From an uncultured Bacteroidales bacterium (GTDB taxonomy: Bacteria > Bacteroidota > Bacteroidia > Bacteroidales > CAZJKL01): a stretch of DNA of 64,000 nt. Shown piece by piece: positions 6,561 through 15,886 of this stretch. The translations under genes were made by a program, and so were the position numbers. The notes beneath the pieces were generated by a model. That model was given only the letters and a program-made list of their open reading frames with translations, was not told the origin of the DNA and ran no database searches. The stretch's first letter is position 1, and every line of letters starts with the position of its first letter. The DNA is taken from the NCBI GenBank assembly GCA_964546655.1, contig CAZJKL010000001.1, forward strand, positions 69,751-133,750, in the 5' to 3' direction.

Positions 6561-7901
6561 ATGAGACTATTATTCGTGATTTTAGTTATTATCAATTCAT
6601 TTTTTTTGTTTTCACAAGAAAATTCAAATTATAATAATTTAATTAAATCTTTAAGGAAATCTGTTTGGAAATATAAAGATAAATCTATTAGTTTATATTC
6701 TGAATGTGATAAACTCACAACATACTCAAATGATTCAGTAATTGCCTTACTTTATAGTACAGATGAAGAAATACCTGATGGTAAAATAGTTGTTTTTAAT
6801 AAATTTAACAACGAAAACAGTCTTTTTAGTAAAAAAACTATTTCAAAAAGTTCTTTTTATTTTATCAAAAATAAAATTATATATAACCAACAGAAAGATG
6901 AGGATGCTTACCAAAGTATATATAGTTTTAATTTATATAATGGAAGTATTCGTAAACTATGTGAAATGAATAATGATTATAAATTAACAGATGAATTCTT
7001 AATTACTGATTATTCCATTTATACAAATTTTCAATTATTTGAAACAGGAAAAGTTTATAATGAAGATAAGATATTAAATAATAATAAATTAATCTATTTA
7101 TTCAATGATACTATTTTATTTAAAAATGACTCAACCAAGTCATTAATACTATATGATTTAAAAGATTCAAAAATCATTAAAGAGGTAAATAATAATAGTT
7201 TATACAAAGTATTACATCAAAGAAGTAATTTATTGTTAAACAAAAAAAACGAGTTAAAACTATATATTTATAAGGTAGGAGGAGAAAAAGTAAATCATAA
7301 AATTGAAAGTAAATTATATAAAATTGATATTAATAATTTGCAAATTACCGACTCAATACATTTTATTGACATCCCTTATTATATGGATATATTTGACTAT
7401 AAAAATATAATCATAGAATCCATAAGTAATAATGTTTTATATTTTTTACAAACAGAAAAAATAAATAATAATAATATAAATTCAAGAAATGTATATTTGA
7501 GTCGTTTTAATTATGAAAACTTCAGCAGTAATTGGAGGTGTTTAATTTATAGTCTCGATTCTTCTAGTTATGGATATAAATTTTATAATAAAAACAATCT
7601 TAGTTATTATTATAAGTTTAAAGAAGATTCAAATAATATTTATGCCCTTTATTCCGAATCATTATATGTTATAAATAAAACAAGTGGCGAAAAATTACTT
7701 GAATATAAATATAACAAAACTTATATGAAGTCATTGTATTTACTAAAAGATATGATTTTAGTAAATACAGATAAAAATTATGTTATAGTTTTTGATAAAA
7801 ATAATTTGAAAATACTTGGATTTCTTGATAAAATTCAAATTATTGATGTGATTGATGATAAGTACTTATTATTTAATAATAAATTAATTAAGGTTTTTTA
7901 A
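6561..7901 (+). CDS. Secreted Asn/Lys/Tyr-rich repeat protein; candidate cognate immunity protein of the RHS tip
   Basis: Starts 13 nt after the RHS cassette stop. Leader MRLLFVILVIINSFFLFSQ. ATG at 6561 preferred over the TTG at 6552. No recognisable catalytic motif. Confidence 0.65.
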   Translation: MRLLFVILVIINSFFLFSQENSNYNNLIKSLRKSVWKYKDKSISLYSECDKLTTYSNDSVIALLYSTDEEIPDGKIVVFNKFNNENSLFSKKTISKSSFYFIKNKIIYNQQKDEDAYQSIYSFNLYNGSIRKLCEMNNDYKLTDEFLITDYSIYTNFQLFETGKVYNEDKILNNNKLIYLFNDTILFKNDSTKSLILYDLKDSKIIKEVNNNSLYKVLHQRSNLLLNKKNELKLYIYKVGGEKVNHKIESKLYKIDINNLQITDSIHFIDIPYYMDIFDYKNIIIESISNNVLYFLQTEKINNNNINSRNVYLSRFNYENFSSNWRCLIYSLDSSSYGYKFYNKNNLSYYYKFKEDSNNIYALYSESLYVINKTSGEKLLEYKYNKTYMKSLYLLKDMILVNTDKNYVIVFDKNNLKILGFLDKIQIIDVIDDKYLLFNNKLIKVF

Positions 7902-7996
7902 AACATAAATATGTTTTTATTATACGTATTTAATACCTACTTAAATGAAGTCTCCCTGCGTAAAAATCTTTGTTTCTTTGCGTAACAATAAACCCT

Positions 7997-10693
7997 CTAC
8001 CTAGTTCCAATAACGCTAACATTTCCTGTAAAAACATCACCATCAGGAGAAGATAAAATATAAAAATAAACCCCATCGGTGAGGTCTTTGCCGTTAAAGT
8101 CGTTATTGTAAGCATTGCTTTTAAAAACCAAGTTACCCCAACGGTTAAAAACTTCAAGATTCCAAGTTTGTGGTGTTATGCCACCAATAAAAAAGAAGTC
8201 ATTAACACCATCGCCATTAGGCGTAATAATATTAGGTATATTAATATTACAAAATTTTGTGCTTACATTGGTTGTTGTTGTGTAGCTTCCACAATCATTT
8301 GTAATAGTTAAACTATAAGTACCTTCTTTTGCTTCAATAGTTTGAGTTGTTTCTCCCGTTGACCAAAGAAAAGAAGAACCATTGTTTTTAGCATTTAATA
8401 AAACAGTTTCATCATTGCAAACAGTTGTATCATTAATAATAACATCATAAGGCAAAGGTTTAACATTAATAGTTAATGATTCAAAATTAAAACAATTATT
8501 ATTATAAGAAAACACCTTATATTGTACCGTATCATTAGGTTTAGCCCAAGGGTTAATAATAGTTGAGTCGCTTAAATTTAACGAAGGTCGCCATCTAATT
8601 GTTAAACCCGAAGTAATAGCATTAAGCTGAACACTATCCCCATCACAAATAGTAATATCATCACCAACTTCAATATTAGGAACTGTTGTAACCTGAACAT
8701 TAACAATATCACTATTTCTGCAATTATTATCATCGGTAACTTCAACGGTATAAGAAGTATTAATTAAAGGCGAAGCAATAGGGTTAGCAATAAAAGCATC
8801 ATTTAAACCATCGCTTGGAGTCCAAACAAAACCGCCTACGCCAGTAGCATTTAATTGAACATTTGTACCGTAGCAAATATTTTCATCATTACCCGCATTA
8901 ATATTAGGAATATTATTAACAGTAATTAAGATATCGTCAGAATTAGAACAACCATTGCCATCGGTAACAGTAGCCGAATATAAAGTAGAAATACTAGGCG
9001 AAGCAATAGGGTTAAAAATATTATAATTACTTAACCCTGCATCAGAACCCCAAACAATATTACCAACACCAGTAGCATTAATTTGGATATTATCGCCATT
9101 ACAAATACTAGCATCTAAACCAGGAGCAGGCAAAACAGTAATATTAACCGAAGCAGAACCACTGCAACCACTATTATCGGTAACAGTAACCGAATGTAAA
9201 CCCGATTGAGTAACATTAAAAGTAGCATTTTGAGAGTTATCTTGCCATAAATAAGAAGCAAAAGGATAAGAAGCATCAAGCACAAAGTTATCACCTTGGC
9301 AAATAGTAGCATCATCGCCAATATCAATAACAGGAAGTTCAGAAATTTCAATATCTTGCGAAAAAGTTTCGGTAATACCACCTAAAGTAATGTTTAGCTT
9401 AACATTATAAGTACCAATGCCACCATACAAATGAGTAGGGTTAGGTTCACTAGAAGAGCCACCATCACCAAAATCCCAAAGCACATTATCATATTCAACA
9501 TCAGGCATAAAAAACTCAGTATTACTCCCTAAACAAGCTTTATCATACGAAAACTCCTGCTTAGTAAATATCGAATTGTAAAAATTGGGAAGACCCAAAT
9601 ATACATCTCTATCTGCTGTTAAAAAACAAGGATATGTATAATTGCAAATTAATCCTTGATTATTCGGATTGCTTATAACCCCTAAAGAATATATTTTATT
9701 GGCAAAAGTTGTAGCAATTGAATAATATATTTTACCATCAGGACCTAATTGTAATGCTCCGCATATTAAAGATGTATTTGTTTCGTAAATAATTTTTTTG
9801 GAATTTTCAATATCTTGTTGATTTCCTGACAATAAATTATATTGATTTAGTTTTATTTTCCCTTGTGAAGAAATATATAATAAATTATTATCAGGTGAAA
9901 ATTCGACACCATAAGGGTTATCATTATTCAATGAAAAAGTCATTGCATTTGATAATATTCCAGTAGAATTATTAAAATCAAATAATTCAAAATTTTTCAA
10001 ATATGTATTAGCGGAAACAATTTTTTTACCATTATGTGATGCTTTTAAATATCCAATAGCATTAGTGCCGTTATTACCTAAATATAAGTTAGTTATATTA
10101 ATTATAGGAATTACATTTAAACCATCTTTCGTAAGTAAATAACAATTAAATGCATTAGAATTAAAAAGACGAGTAATAATCCAAAAATCTGAATTATTAC
10201 GATGTTTAACAACTGTAACTTTTTCACAAGTTGGAGTAATAATAAGTATATTTTTATTACTTGTAATATCCCCTCCCCCGCCATTTAAGTTCATATCTAA
10301 CTCTGAATATCTTAATCCATTTATGCCTGCTTCTGCATCAATAGTAAAAATATAATAAATATTTTTTGATTTTGGTTTTTTAACAATTATTGCTGATTGT
10401 GTACTGCTATTATGCCCCATTAACCCTATTCCATTAGGCATGATATTATGTGTTCTATCCCATACAGTTAATCCATCAGTATAAAACAATAAATTTCCTA
10501 AACTGTCACAAATAGAAGCACATCCCTCCATTGTGTTCATCTGCCCATCAGTTAAAGCAATAGGCGTTCCGCTATTAAAATCAATTCCTGCGTTATTTCC
10601 AAAATACCAAATATTACCTTCTTTTTGGGCGTAAGTATTTAATGTAAATAAAATTAAAAAAAAGAATAAAAAGTATTTAATAGTAAATTTCAT
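7997..10693 (-). CDS. T9SS-secreted adhesin-like protein with gliding-motility-associated C-terminal domain
   Basis: Signal peptide. N-terminal propeller-like region. PKD-like segment ([17 protein letters not shown]). Five tandem ~65-75-aa Cys-containing Ig-like repeats (ICxGDxxxLxA...). C-terminal [12 protein letters not shown]...FNRWGNLVF...GVYFY sorting domain. Confidence 0.85.
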   Translation of the reverse strand: MKFTIKYFLFFFLILFTLNTYAQKEGNIWYFGNNAGIDFNSGTPIALTDGQMNTMEGCASICDSLGNLLFYTDGLTVWDRTHNIMPNGIGLMGHNSSTQSAIIVKKPKSKNIYYIFTIDAEAGINGLRYSELDMNLNGGGGDITSNKNILIITPTCEKVTVVKHRNNSDFWIITRLFNSNAFNCYLLTKDGLNVIPIINITNLYLGNNGTNAIGYLKASHNGKKIVSANTYLKNFELFDFNNSTGILSNAMTFSLNNDNPYGVEFSPDNNLLYISSQGKIKLNQYNLLSGNQQDIENSKKIIYETNTSLICGALQLGPDGKIYYSIATTFANKIYSLGVISNPNNQGLICNYTYPCFLTADRDVYLGLPNFYNSIFTKQEFSYDKACLGSNTEFFMPDVEYDNVLWDFGDGGSSSEPNPTHLYGGIGTYNVKLNITLGGITETFSQDIEISELPVIDIGDDATICQGDNFVLDASYPFASYLWQDNSQNATFNVTQSGLHSVTVTDNSGCSGSASVNITVLPAPGLDASICNGDNIQINATGVGNIVWGSDAGLSNYNIFNPIASPSISTLYSATVTDGNGCSNSDDILITVNNIPNINAGNDENICYGTNVQLNATGVGGFVWTPSDGLNDAFIANPIASPLINTSYTVEVTDDNNCRNSDIVNVQVTTVPNIEVGDDITICDGDSVQLNAITSGLTIRWRPSLNLSDSTIINPWAKPNDTVQYKVFSYNNNCFNFESLTINVKPLPYDVIINDTTVCNDETVLLNAKNNGSSFLWSTGETTQTIEAKEGTYSLTITNDCGSYTTTTNVSTKFCNINIPNIITPNGDGVNDFFFIGGITPQTWNLEVFNRWGNLVFKSNAYNNDFNGKDLTDGVYFYILSSPDGDVFTGNVSVIGTR

Positions 10694-10789
10694 TATTTGT
10701 GTTTAATTAAAAAACAAGCTAAAATAATAAAAGAAAATAAAAAAGTGTGATTAAATATACAGTTTTTCTTAATTGTGAGTTTTTAGAAA

Positions 10790-10897
10790 TTAGTTCTCAA
10801 TTTCTATTATTTGTTTAATTTGACATTGATTATTAGGTAAATAGTGTGATGCTACATCCCATATAATTTCATAGTCAACACCAAAATATTCCCTGTG
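10790..10897 (-). pseudogene. 3' remnant of a second HepT (DUF86) gene, truncated by a palindromic element
   Basis: Minus strand reads HREYFGVDYEIIWDVASHYLPNNQCQIKQIIEIEN*, parallel to HDYFGIDSKEVWQIINNKLPELKKYIEE of the intact HepT. The frame is cut at the palindrome 10897-10921. Confidence 0.7.
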
Positions 10898-11049
10898 GTT
10901 CGTAGTTTGTAACTACGAACCAAATAAAAGTTAGTTTTTAAAACTAACAAGTACCGCATTAATTATAAATAAATTATTTTTAATTGTAGTTAAAAAACTA
11001 CAGTTTATAAAATGCGTTTCCGAAAGTTTTCGGAAGGAAACTATCGCAT
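10885..11049. repeat. Palindrome-rich composite repeat block, copy 2 (modules A and B)
   Basis: ggttcgtagtt-tgt-aactacgaacc at 10897-10921. gttag-ttttt-aaaa-ctaac. tgtagtt-aaaaa-aactaca. atgcg..ttccgaaagttttcggaa..cgcat at 11012-11049. Collinear with 61-367. Confidence 0.8.
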
Positions 11050-11056
11050 AACACCA

Positions 11057-11100
11057 GAAAACAAAGAAACAAGAGTTTTGGCAAATGTAAATTATTTATA
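11057..11100 (+). pseudogene. RHS handle fragment (ENKETRVLANVNYL*) abutting TA block copy 2
   Basis: gaaaacaaagaaacaagagttttggcaaatgtaaattatttata aligns with 2747-2790 and with 5315-5350 inside the intact cassette. Confidence 0.6.
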
Positions 11101-11352
11101 ATGACCTTTAAGAGAATAAATAAACAAAGTGTTATTTTCAATATTATAAATAAACCGATTTGTTTTATCAATACGACGCGACCATTTTCCAGATAATTGA
11201 TGCTTTAGTGCTTCAGGTTTTCCAATGCCTTTATATGGATTTTCTAATATAGCGTTTTTAAGTTCAATAATCCTTTTCTGAATAATGGTATTATTTGTTT
11301 TTTTCCAATAATCAATATGCTCAAGAGCTAAAGGAGAAATAACTATTTCCAT
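11092..11352 (-). CDS. Txe/YoeB-family type II toxin (copy 2, diverged)
   Basis: NPYKGIGKPEALKHQLSGKWSRRIDKTNRFIYNI...SLKGHYK. Same family as 2781-3053 but with many substitutions. Confidence 0.85.
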   Translation of the reverse strand: MEIVISPLALEHIDYWKKTNNTIIQKRIIELKNAILENPYKGIGKPEALKHQLSGKWSRRIDKTNRFIYNIENNTLFIYSLKGHYK

Positions 11353-11558
11353 AAATTGTCAAATTCAATAGAAGATACTTTTTTGCCTTTACCTGATTTA
11401 ATTGTTTTTTCTGCATCAAGAACCATATCTACAAAATTCTTATTGTAGGTTTCACTAGGCGAAACATCAAACTTAATTTTTAAAGCCTTCATAAAAGCTT
11501 TTAAAGCTTCAATTTGTGAGATGTTTTCGGTATAGGCTGTAATATTAATTGTTTGCAT
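11343..11558 (-). CDS. Small antitoxin (DUF2683-like), copy 2
   Basis: MQTINITAYTENISQIEALKAFMKALKIKF. N-terminal ~30 aa are near-identical to copy 1 and the C-terminal half is diverged. 10-nt overlap with the toxin gene. Confidence 0.75.
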   Translation of the reverse strand: MQTINITAYTENISQIEALKAFMKALKIKFDVSPSETYNKNFVDMVLDAEKTIKSGKGKKVSSIEFDNLWK

Positions 11559-11574
11559 AATGTTTAGTTTTTTA

Positions 11575-11582
11575 CAAAAATA
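11575..11582 (-). promoter_or_regulatory. Candidate -7 box (TATTTTTG on minus strand) for TA operon copy 2
   Basis: Same position and sequence as 3288-3295. Confidence 0.5.
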
Positions 11583-11692
11583 ACAAAATACTAACTCTTA
11601 AACAAAACAAGTTATTTATATTTTTTAATTTGAAAATAAAATTTTTATATCTTGCAATACCTAAACAAAAACAAACAGTGAAGATGTAAATT

Positions 11693-12022
11693 ATGGTTAG
11701 TGAAAAAATAATTAAAAGACTTTTAGTTCTAGTAAAATCAACTTTCGTGATCGCAAGTTGGTTGATGTATTATTTATATAAAAGTGAAAGAATTGAATAT
11801 TCAATAAATGTATTATGGAGAAATATAAATGAATATTCTTTATATGTTTTTGTGCTTTTGATAATGGTGGAATTTTTTTTAAAGGATAAAAAACAAATTT
11901 TCCTCTCTTTTATTTGTATATTAACAGCTTTTGTTTTAAGTCAAAACATCACTGCCGAAGGAACAAAAATAGATAGTTGGATAGACACAACTTTAAGTCG
12001 TACCCCATGTAAAAAAGAGTAA
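11693..12022 (+). CDS. Small predicted membrane protein (about three hydrophobic segments); possible orphan immunity gene
   Basis: Hydrophobic stretches LLVLVKSTFVIASWLMYYLY, YSLYVFVLLIMVEFFL and IFLSFICILTAFVL. The ATG overlaps a handle-like remnant (acagtgaagatgtaaattatgg). The 3' end runs into the repeat element, so the C-terminus may be repeat-derived. Confidence 0.4.
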   Translation: MVSEKIIKRLLVLVKSTFVIASWLMYYLYKSERIEYSINVLWRNINEYSLYVFVLLIMVEFFLKDKKQIFLSFICILTAFVLSQNITAEGTKIDSWIDTTLSRTPCKKE

Positions 12023-12183
12023 TTACTCACATATTTAATTGTTTTTTTGGGGTGTTCTTGAATGCCAAAGGCATTTCGTAATTTTCACTTATATCTCGTA
12101 ATTCATAATTTGTAATTCGTAATTATTATTGGTTTTCGTGAATACCTTCGGCATTTCGTAATTCGTAATTTGTAATTCGTAAT
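11986..12183. repeat. Composite intergenic repeat element (copy with two stem-loop + heptamer units)
   Basis: cacaactttaagtcgtaccccatg (left hairpin arm missing). aatgcc-aaa-ggcatt and aatacc-ttc-ggcatt stem-loops. Heptads at 12096-12123 and 12156-12183. Confidence 0.85.
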
Positions 12184-12413
12184 TATTAATTACTTTCTAT
12201 TATGATTCAATTAACAACCTGATAAACTGGTATTAACCCTTAATAATTAAGTATTTCACATTGCGTATTAAAAAATAATTTATAAAAAGTTCAAATAAAA
12301 TAAGGTTGAAAAAATAAAAATAAAGAAGAAAAAAGTATGAAGGTTAAAATTAATTTTATAAATTTAAATGTTTAAATTATAATTTAGAAATTTAATAATT
12401 GGAGAATAAAAAT

Positions 12414-14501
12414 ATGAACAAAAAAGCATCACTAAAGGTTACTTCACCTAAAAGTTTATACTATCATATTGATGAAGTTAGCAATGAAAAAAGAAGATTT
12501 GAAAATGTATTTCAATCTGTATCGAGAATGATTCTTGGTAATCCCGACAACATAGAAAAAGTTAATATTAACGGAAAAAATACTTATGATTTTAAAGTAT
12601 TTCGTCAGGGGAAAAAGCACATTGTTGGTATGCATGAAGAAATAAACAGTTTTGTTTCGTTTGTTAAAGATGCTGCTGAAGGTGGCTCTTCTGCCGAAAT
12701 GGCTTTCGTTTTAATTGGCGAACCAGGAAACGGTAAAACTTATTTAGTTGACTACTTAACAAAAATATACCGAAATTTTATTTCTCTTCCAGAAAATCGT
12801 CGTTACACTTTTAGATATAAAAACCTAGAAAGATTAGGCGGATACGGTAAAATTAATTATATCGAATCACAAACATTCGAAGACCCTATGGTTTTAGCTA
12901 TGAACTTGTCTGAAACTAAAGCCGAAAATATTAAATTTTTATCTAATCAAGGGTTAAGCGACAAAAAGATTGAACAACTTTATAATAATTATCGTCCACT
13001 TGGAGCATGTTCGTATTATGTTTTAGAACAAATTAAAGAATACTGCAATGGCGATATTGATAAATTAATTAATGAATTTATCGAAATAGTTCCTGTTCCA
13101 ATCAGCGAATCAAGAGGAACTGTTACAGGTAAATATGCAGCTAAAGATAAAATTACATCATCGGCTGTAGATTTATTAGGAGAAGAATCTATTACAAGAT
13201 TATTACATATAACAAATACCGATAACCCTTACCGTTTCGATTTAAGAAGAGGTGCTTTAGCAAGAGTTGCTGGTGGTGGTATTCACTTTGCAGATGAAAT
13301 TTTTAAAAATAAAAAAGACCTTGTTCAAGTATATCTTGGAGTAATTCAAAACAGAACTATTGAAATAGAAGGTTTTAAATGGCCTCTTGATACTTTAATT
13401 ATTGCAACTAGTAATAACTCAGAATTTGCTCGTTTCCTTGAAGAAAAAGAACAAGCACCTATTGTTGACAGATGCAGAATTACTTATATGTCGCACAATA
13501 CAAACTTTAAACTTCAACAACAATTAACCGAATATTCAATTGGTGGTGATGGTATTAAAACTACTTTCTTAAACGAAAAACTACACATTGATCCAAACTT
13601 AAATTATGCTATTTCGGTTGCTATAATATTATCTAGAATGCCAAAATCAGATAAATTATCACCAATCGAAATGATGAAATTAGCTGCAGGTGAAGTAGCC
13701 GGAGAAAAAAGTATTAAAACTTTAGGCGAAGTTATAAGCGAACTTAATAGCGACCCAGATGTTACTAAACGCTTTGGTCAAAAAGGTTTAGGACACAGAA
13801 ACCTTGGTCGTGCTATTCAGGTTTTATTAGAACAATCTGAAACACAAGAAGGAAAATGTATGTATGCTGGAGATATTTTTAAATCTCTTGAAAGAGTAAT
13901 TCTTGATTATGTTAATGATGCTAATGATAGAGCTAAATACCTTAATGATTTAAAAATTGCTAAAGGATTACATAGAAAAAATGTTATGACAACTATTTTT
14001 AATGCATATATGGATGAACCTAATGCTGTTGAAAAAGATGTTATGAACTATGTAAATATGATTATTGGTATTGATGCTAAAAATCTTGGTGCCGATAAAA
14101 TTTGGACATATCGCGATCCTCAAACAAATAAACTTGTTCCTTTAAAAATAGATGAGTCTTTTATTAATAGTGTTGAAGATCGAATTGGTCTAAAAACTCA
14201 AGAACAAAAACAAAGCTATAGAACAACTATCTCTAAAATATATGGTCAAAAAATGATTAAAGACCCTAATTATAATTTTATGGATAATAATGATTTAGTT
14301 AAAGCTGTTACTGATGTTCGATTAAAATCTGATATAGCTGGAGCAGGTAGCTTGGTTGGTGCATTATCTAATAGAACTAATGAAGAAAACCAAGTATTAT
14401 ACAATAGAATGATTGATACAATGATAAAAAAGTTGGGCTATTGTAGAACTTGTGCCGAAAAAACAATCGAATATTTCTGTACTCAAGATGATGTGAATTA
14501 A
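12414..14501 (+). CDS. prkA: PrkA/YeaG-family AAA+ protein (putative Ser protein kinase)
   Basis: Walker A GEPGNGKT (12717-12740). Overall layout resembles E. coli YeaG / B. subtilis PrkA. ATG at 12414 preferred over the TTG at 12399. Confidence 0.85.
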   Translation: MNKKASLKVTSPKSLYYHIDEVSNEKRRFENVFQSVSRMILGNPDNIEKVNINGKNTYDFKVFRQGKKHIVGMHEEINSFVSFVKDAAEGGSSAEMAFVLIGEPGNGKTYLVDYLTKIYRNFISLPENRRYTFRYKNLERLGGYGKINYIESQTFEDPMVLAMNLSETKAENIKFLSNQGLSDKKIEQLYNNYRPLGACSYYVLEQIKEYCNGDIDKLINEFIEIVPVPISESRGTVTGKYAAKDKITSSAVDLLGEESITRLLHITNTDNPYRFDLRRGALARVAGGGIHFADEIFKNKKDLVQVYLGVIQNRTIEIEGFKWPLDTLIIATSNNSEFARFLEEKEQAPIVDRCRITYMSHNTNFKLQQQLTEYSIGGDGIKTTFLNEKLHIDPNLNYAISVAIILSRMPKSDKLSPIEMMKLAAGEVAGEKSIKTLGEVISELNSDPDVTKRFGQKGLGHRNLGRAIQVLLEQSETQEGKCMYAGDIFKSLERVILDYVNDANDRAKYLNDLKIAKGLHRKNVMTTIFNAYMDEPNAVEKDVMNYVNMIIGIDAKNLGADKIWTYRDPQTNKLVPLKIDESFINSVEDRIGLKTQEQKQSYRTTISKIYGQKMIKDPNYNFMDNNDLVKAVTDVRLKSDIAGAGSLVGALSNRTNEENQVLYNRMIDTMIKKLGYCRTCAEKTIEYFCTQDDVN

Positions 14502-14512
14502 AAAATTAACAC

Positions 14513-15886
14513 ATGACTAAAAAATATAATAAATTATTGCAATTTGTTAAAAAAAACAACATTGATGTTGATAGCAATGAAGCCGTAAAACGAGAGTTGG
14601 AAATAATAAAAAATAGCAATAATCCTGATATTAAATTTAATAGTTCTTATTTGGGTTTGTATGATTTAAGCGATTTTGAAGTTATTCAAAAAATGAATTT
14701 AACTCCAATTAATCCATTAATTTCATTAAAAACTTTAGATGAGCTATTAGATCAAGATAAACAAAGAGTTAATGATGGTTTTCCAAGACGAATTCGTCTT
14801 GGAAAACTTGTTAAACCTTTGCAGGGAAATAAATCAAAAGTTGTTATAGTACCAACTACTACCGAACCTAAATTTTATCACGATAATTCGATAACCGAAG
14901 ATGATGAAGATAGCACTGGTGGCTCGGGAGAAGGTGAAGAAGGCGAAGTTATTGGCGAACAACAAGCTCAACCGCAACAAGGCGAGGGCGAAGGTCAAGG
15001 TGCCGGTGAAGGCAATTCTGCTGGTCACGATATTAGTCAGGAAGCATTCGATTTAGGTAAAATTATAACCGAAAAATTCCAATTACCTAATCTTAAAGAT
15101 AAAGGTTCTAAAAAATCTTTTTCTAAATATATCTACGACTTAACCGATAGAAATAGAGGCTTTGGTCAATTGTTAGATAAAAAAGCAACTTTAAAAAAAG
15201 TTATAGAAACTAATATCCTTTTAGATAATATCAAAGGAGGCGAATACTTTAATCCCGAAAATCTTATTCTAAATCCTAAAGATCAAATTTTTAGAATATT
15301 ATCGCAAGAAAAAGATTTCGAAACTCAAGCAGTTGTTTTCTTTGTTCGTGATTATTCTGGCTCAATGCAAGGCGAACCTACCGAAGCAATAACAACACAA
15401 CATTTGCTTATTTATAGTTGGCTAATGTTTCAATATCAAAATAATGTTGTTACAAAATTTATTGTTCACGATACCGACGCTAAAGAAGTTGAAGATTTTT
15501 ACACCTATTATCGTTCACAAGTTGCCGGAGGAACAAAAGTTGCCCCTGCTTTTAAACTTGTAAATAAAATTATTGACGAAAATCAATATCAAAAAGATTA
15601 TAATATCTATATATTTTATGGTACCGATGGTGATGATTGGGATAATGACGGTAAAGAACTCTTAGAAAACATTGATATTCTATTAAATAAAGTAAATAGA
15701 ATAGGTATTACTGTTGCTAAAAACGGTTGGTCAAGTAATGAAGCAAAAACAACAGTAGAAAAAAACATCGAAAAATCAGGATATTTACAAAGTAAATCAG
15801 ATTTAATTAAAATGGATACATTTAAATCTAAAGGTGTTTCTGAAGATAGAATTATTGAAGGTATTAAAAAAATTGTAGGCGAATAA
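14513..15886 (+). CDS. yeaH: YeaH/YhbH (DUF444) family protein with vWA-like MIDAS motif
   Basis: Acidic Gly/Glu-rich linker (GGSGEGEEGE...GEGEGQGAGEG). DYSGSM (DxSxS) at 15350-15367. Canonical position after prkA. Confidence 0.85.
   Translation: MTKKYNKLLQFVKKNNIDVDSNEAVKRELEIIKNSNNPDIKFNSSYLGLYDLSDFEVIQKMNLTPINPLISLKTLDELLDQDKQRVNDGFPRRIRLGKLVKPLQGNKSKVVIVPTTTEPKFYHDNSITEDDEDSTGGSGEGEEGEVIGEQQAQPQQGEGEGQGAGEGNSAGHDISQEAFDLGKIITEKFQLPNLKDKGSKKSFSKYIYDLTDRNRGFGQLLDKKATLKKVIETNILLDNIKGGEYFNPENLILNPKDQIFRILSQEKDFETQAVVFFVRDYSGSMQGEPTEAITTQHLLIYSWLMFQYQNNVVTKFIVHDTDAKEVEDFYTYYRSQVAGGTKVAPAFKLVNKIIDENQYQKDYNIYIFYGTDGDDWDNDGKELLENIDILLNKVNRIGITVAKNGWSSNEAKTTVEKNIEKSGYLQSKSDLIKMDTFKSKGVSEDRIIEGIKKIVGE

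Noticed and set aside
9115-9381. 88-aa Leu/Ile-rich ORF inside the adhesin gene.
   Set aside because: It lies on the same strand but out of frame, entirely within a well-supported 898-aa CDS. Its low-complexity L/I/K composition is typical of off-frame translation of AT-rich DNA.
10897-10921. Invertible promoter or shufflon controlled by the ggttcgtagtt/aactacgaacc inverted repeat.
   Set aside because: The arms are separated by only 3 nt, so this is a hairpin rather than an invertible segment. The distant copy (71-106) is in direct orientation. No invertase or recombinase gene is nearby.
61-11100. Integron-like cassette array, with the palindromes acting as attC sites between small TA or hypothetical cassettes.
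   Set aside because: Genes are in mixed orientation and no intI is present. The palindromes lack the paired R''/R' (RYYYAAC…GTTRRRY) boundary structure; only one chance GTTAGGT was seen at ~114-120. The array is better explained by RHS cassettes plus REP-like elements.
12399-12413. TTG or other non-ATG starts used by the track at 751, 6552, 12399 and 20372.
   Set aside because: In each case an in-frame ATG lies 2-5 codons downstream, with equal or better promoter spacing. The true starts remain unverified.
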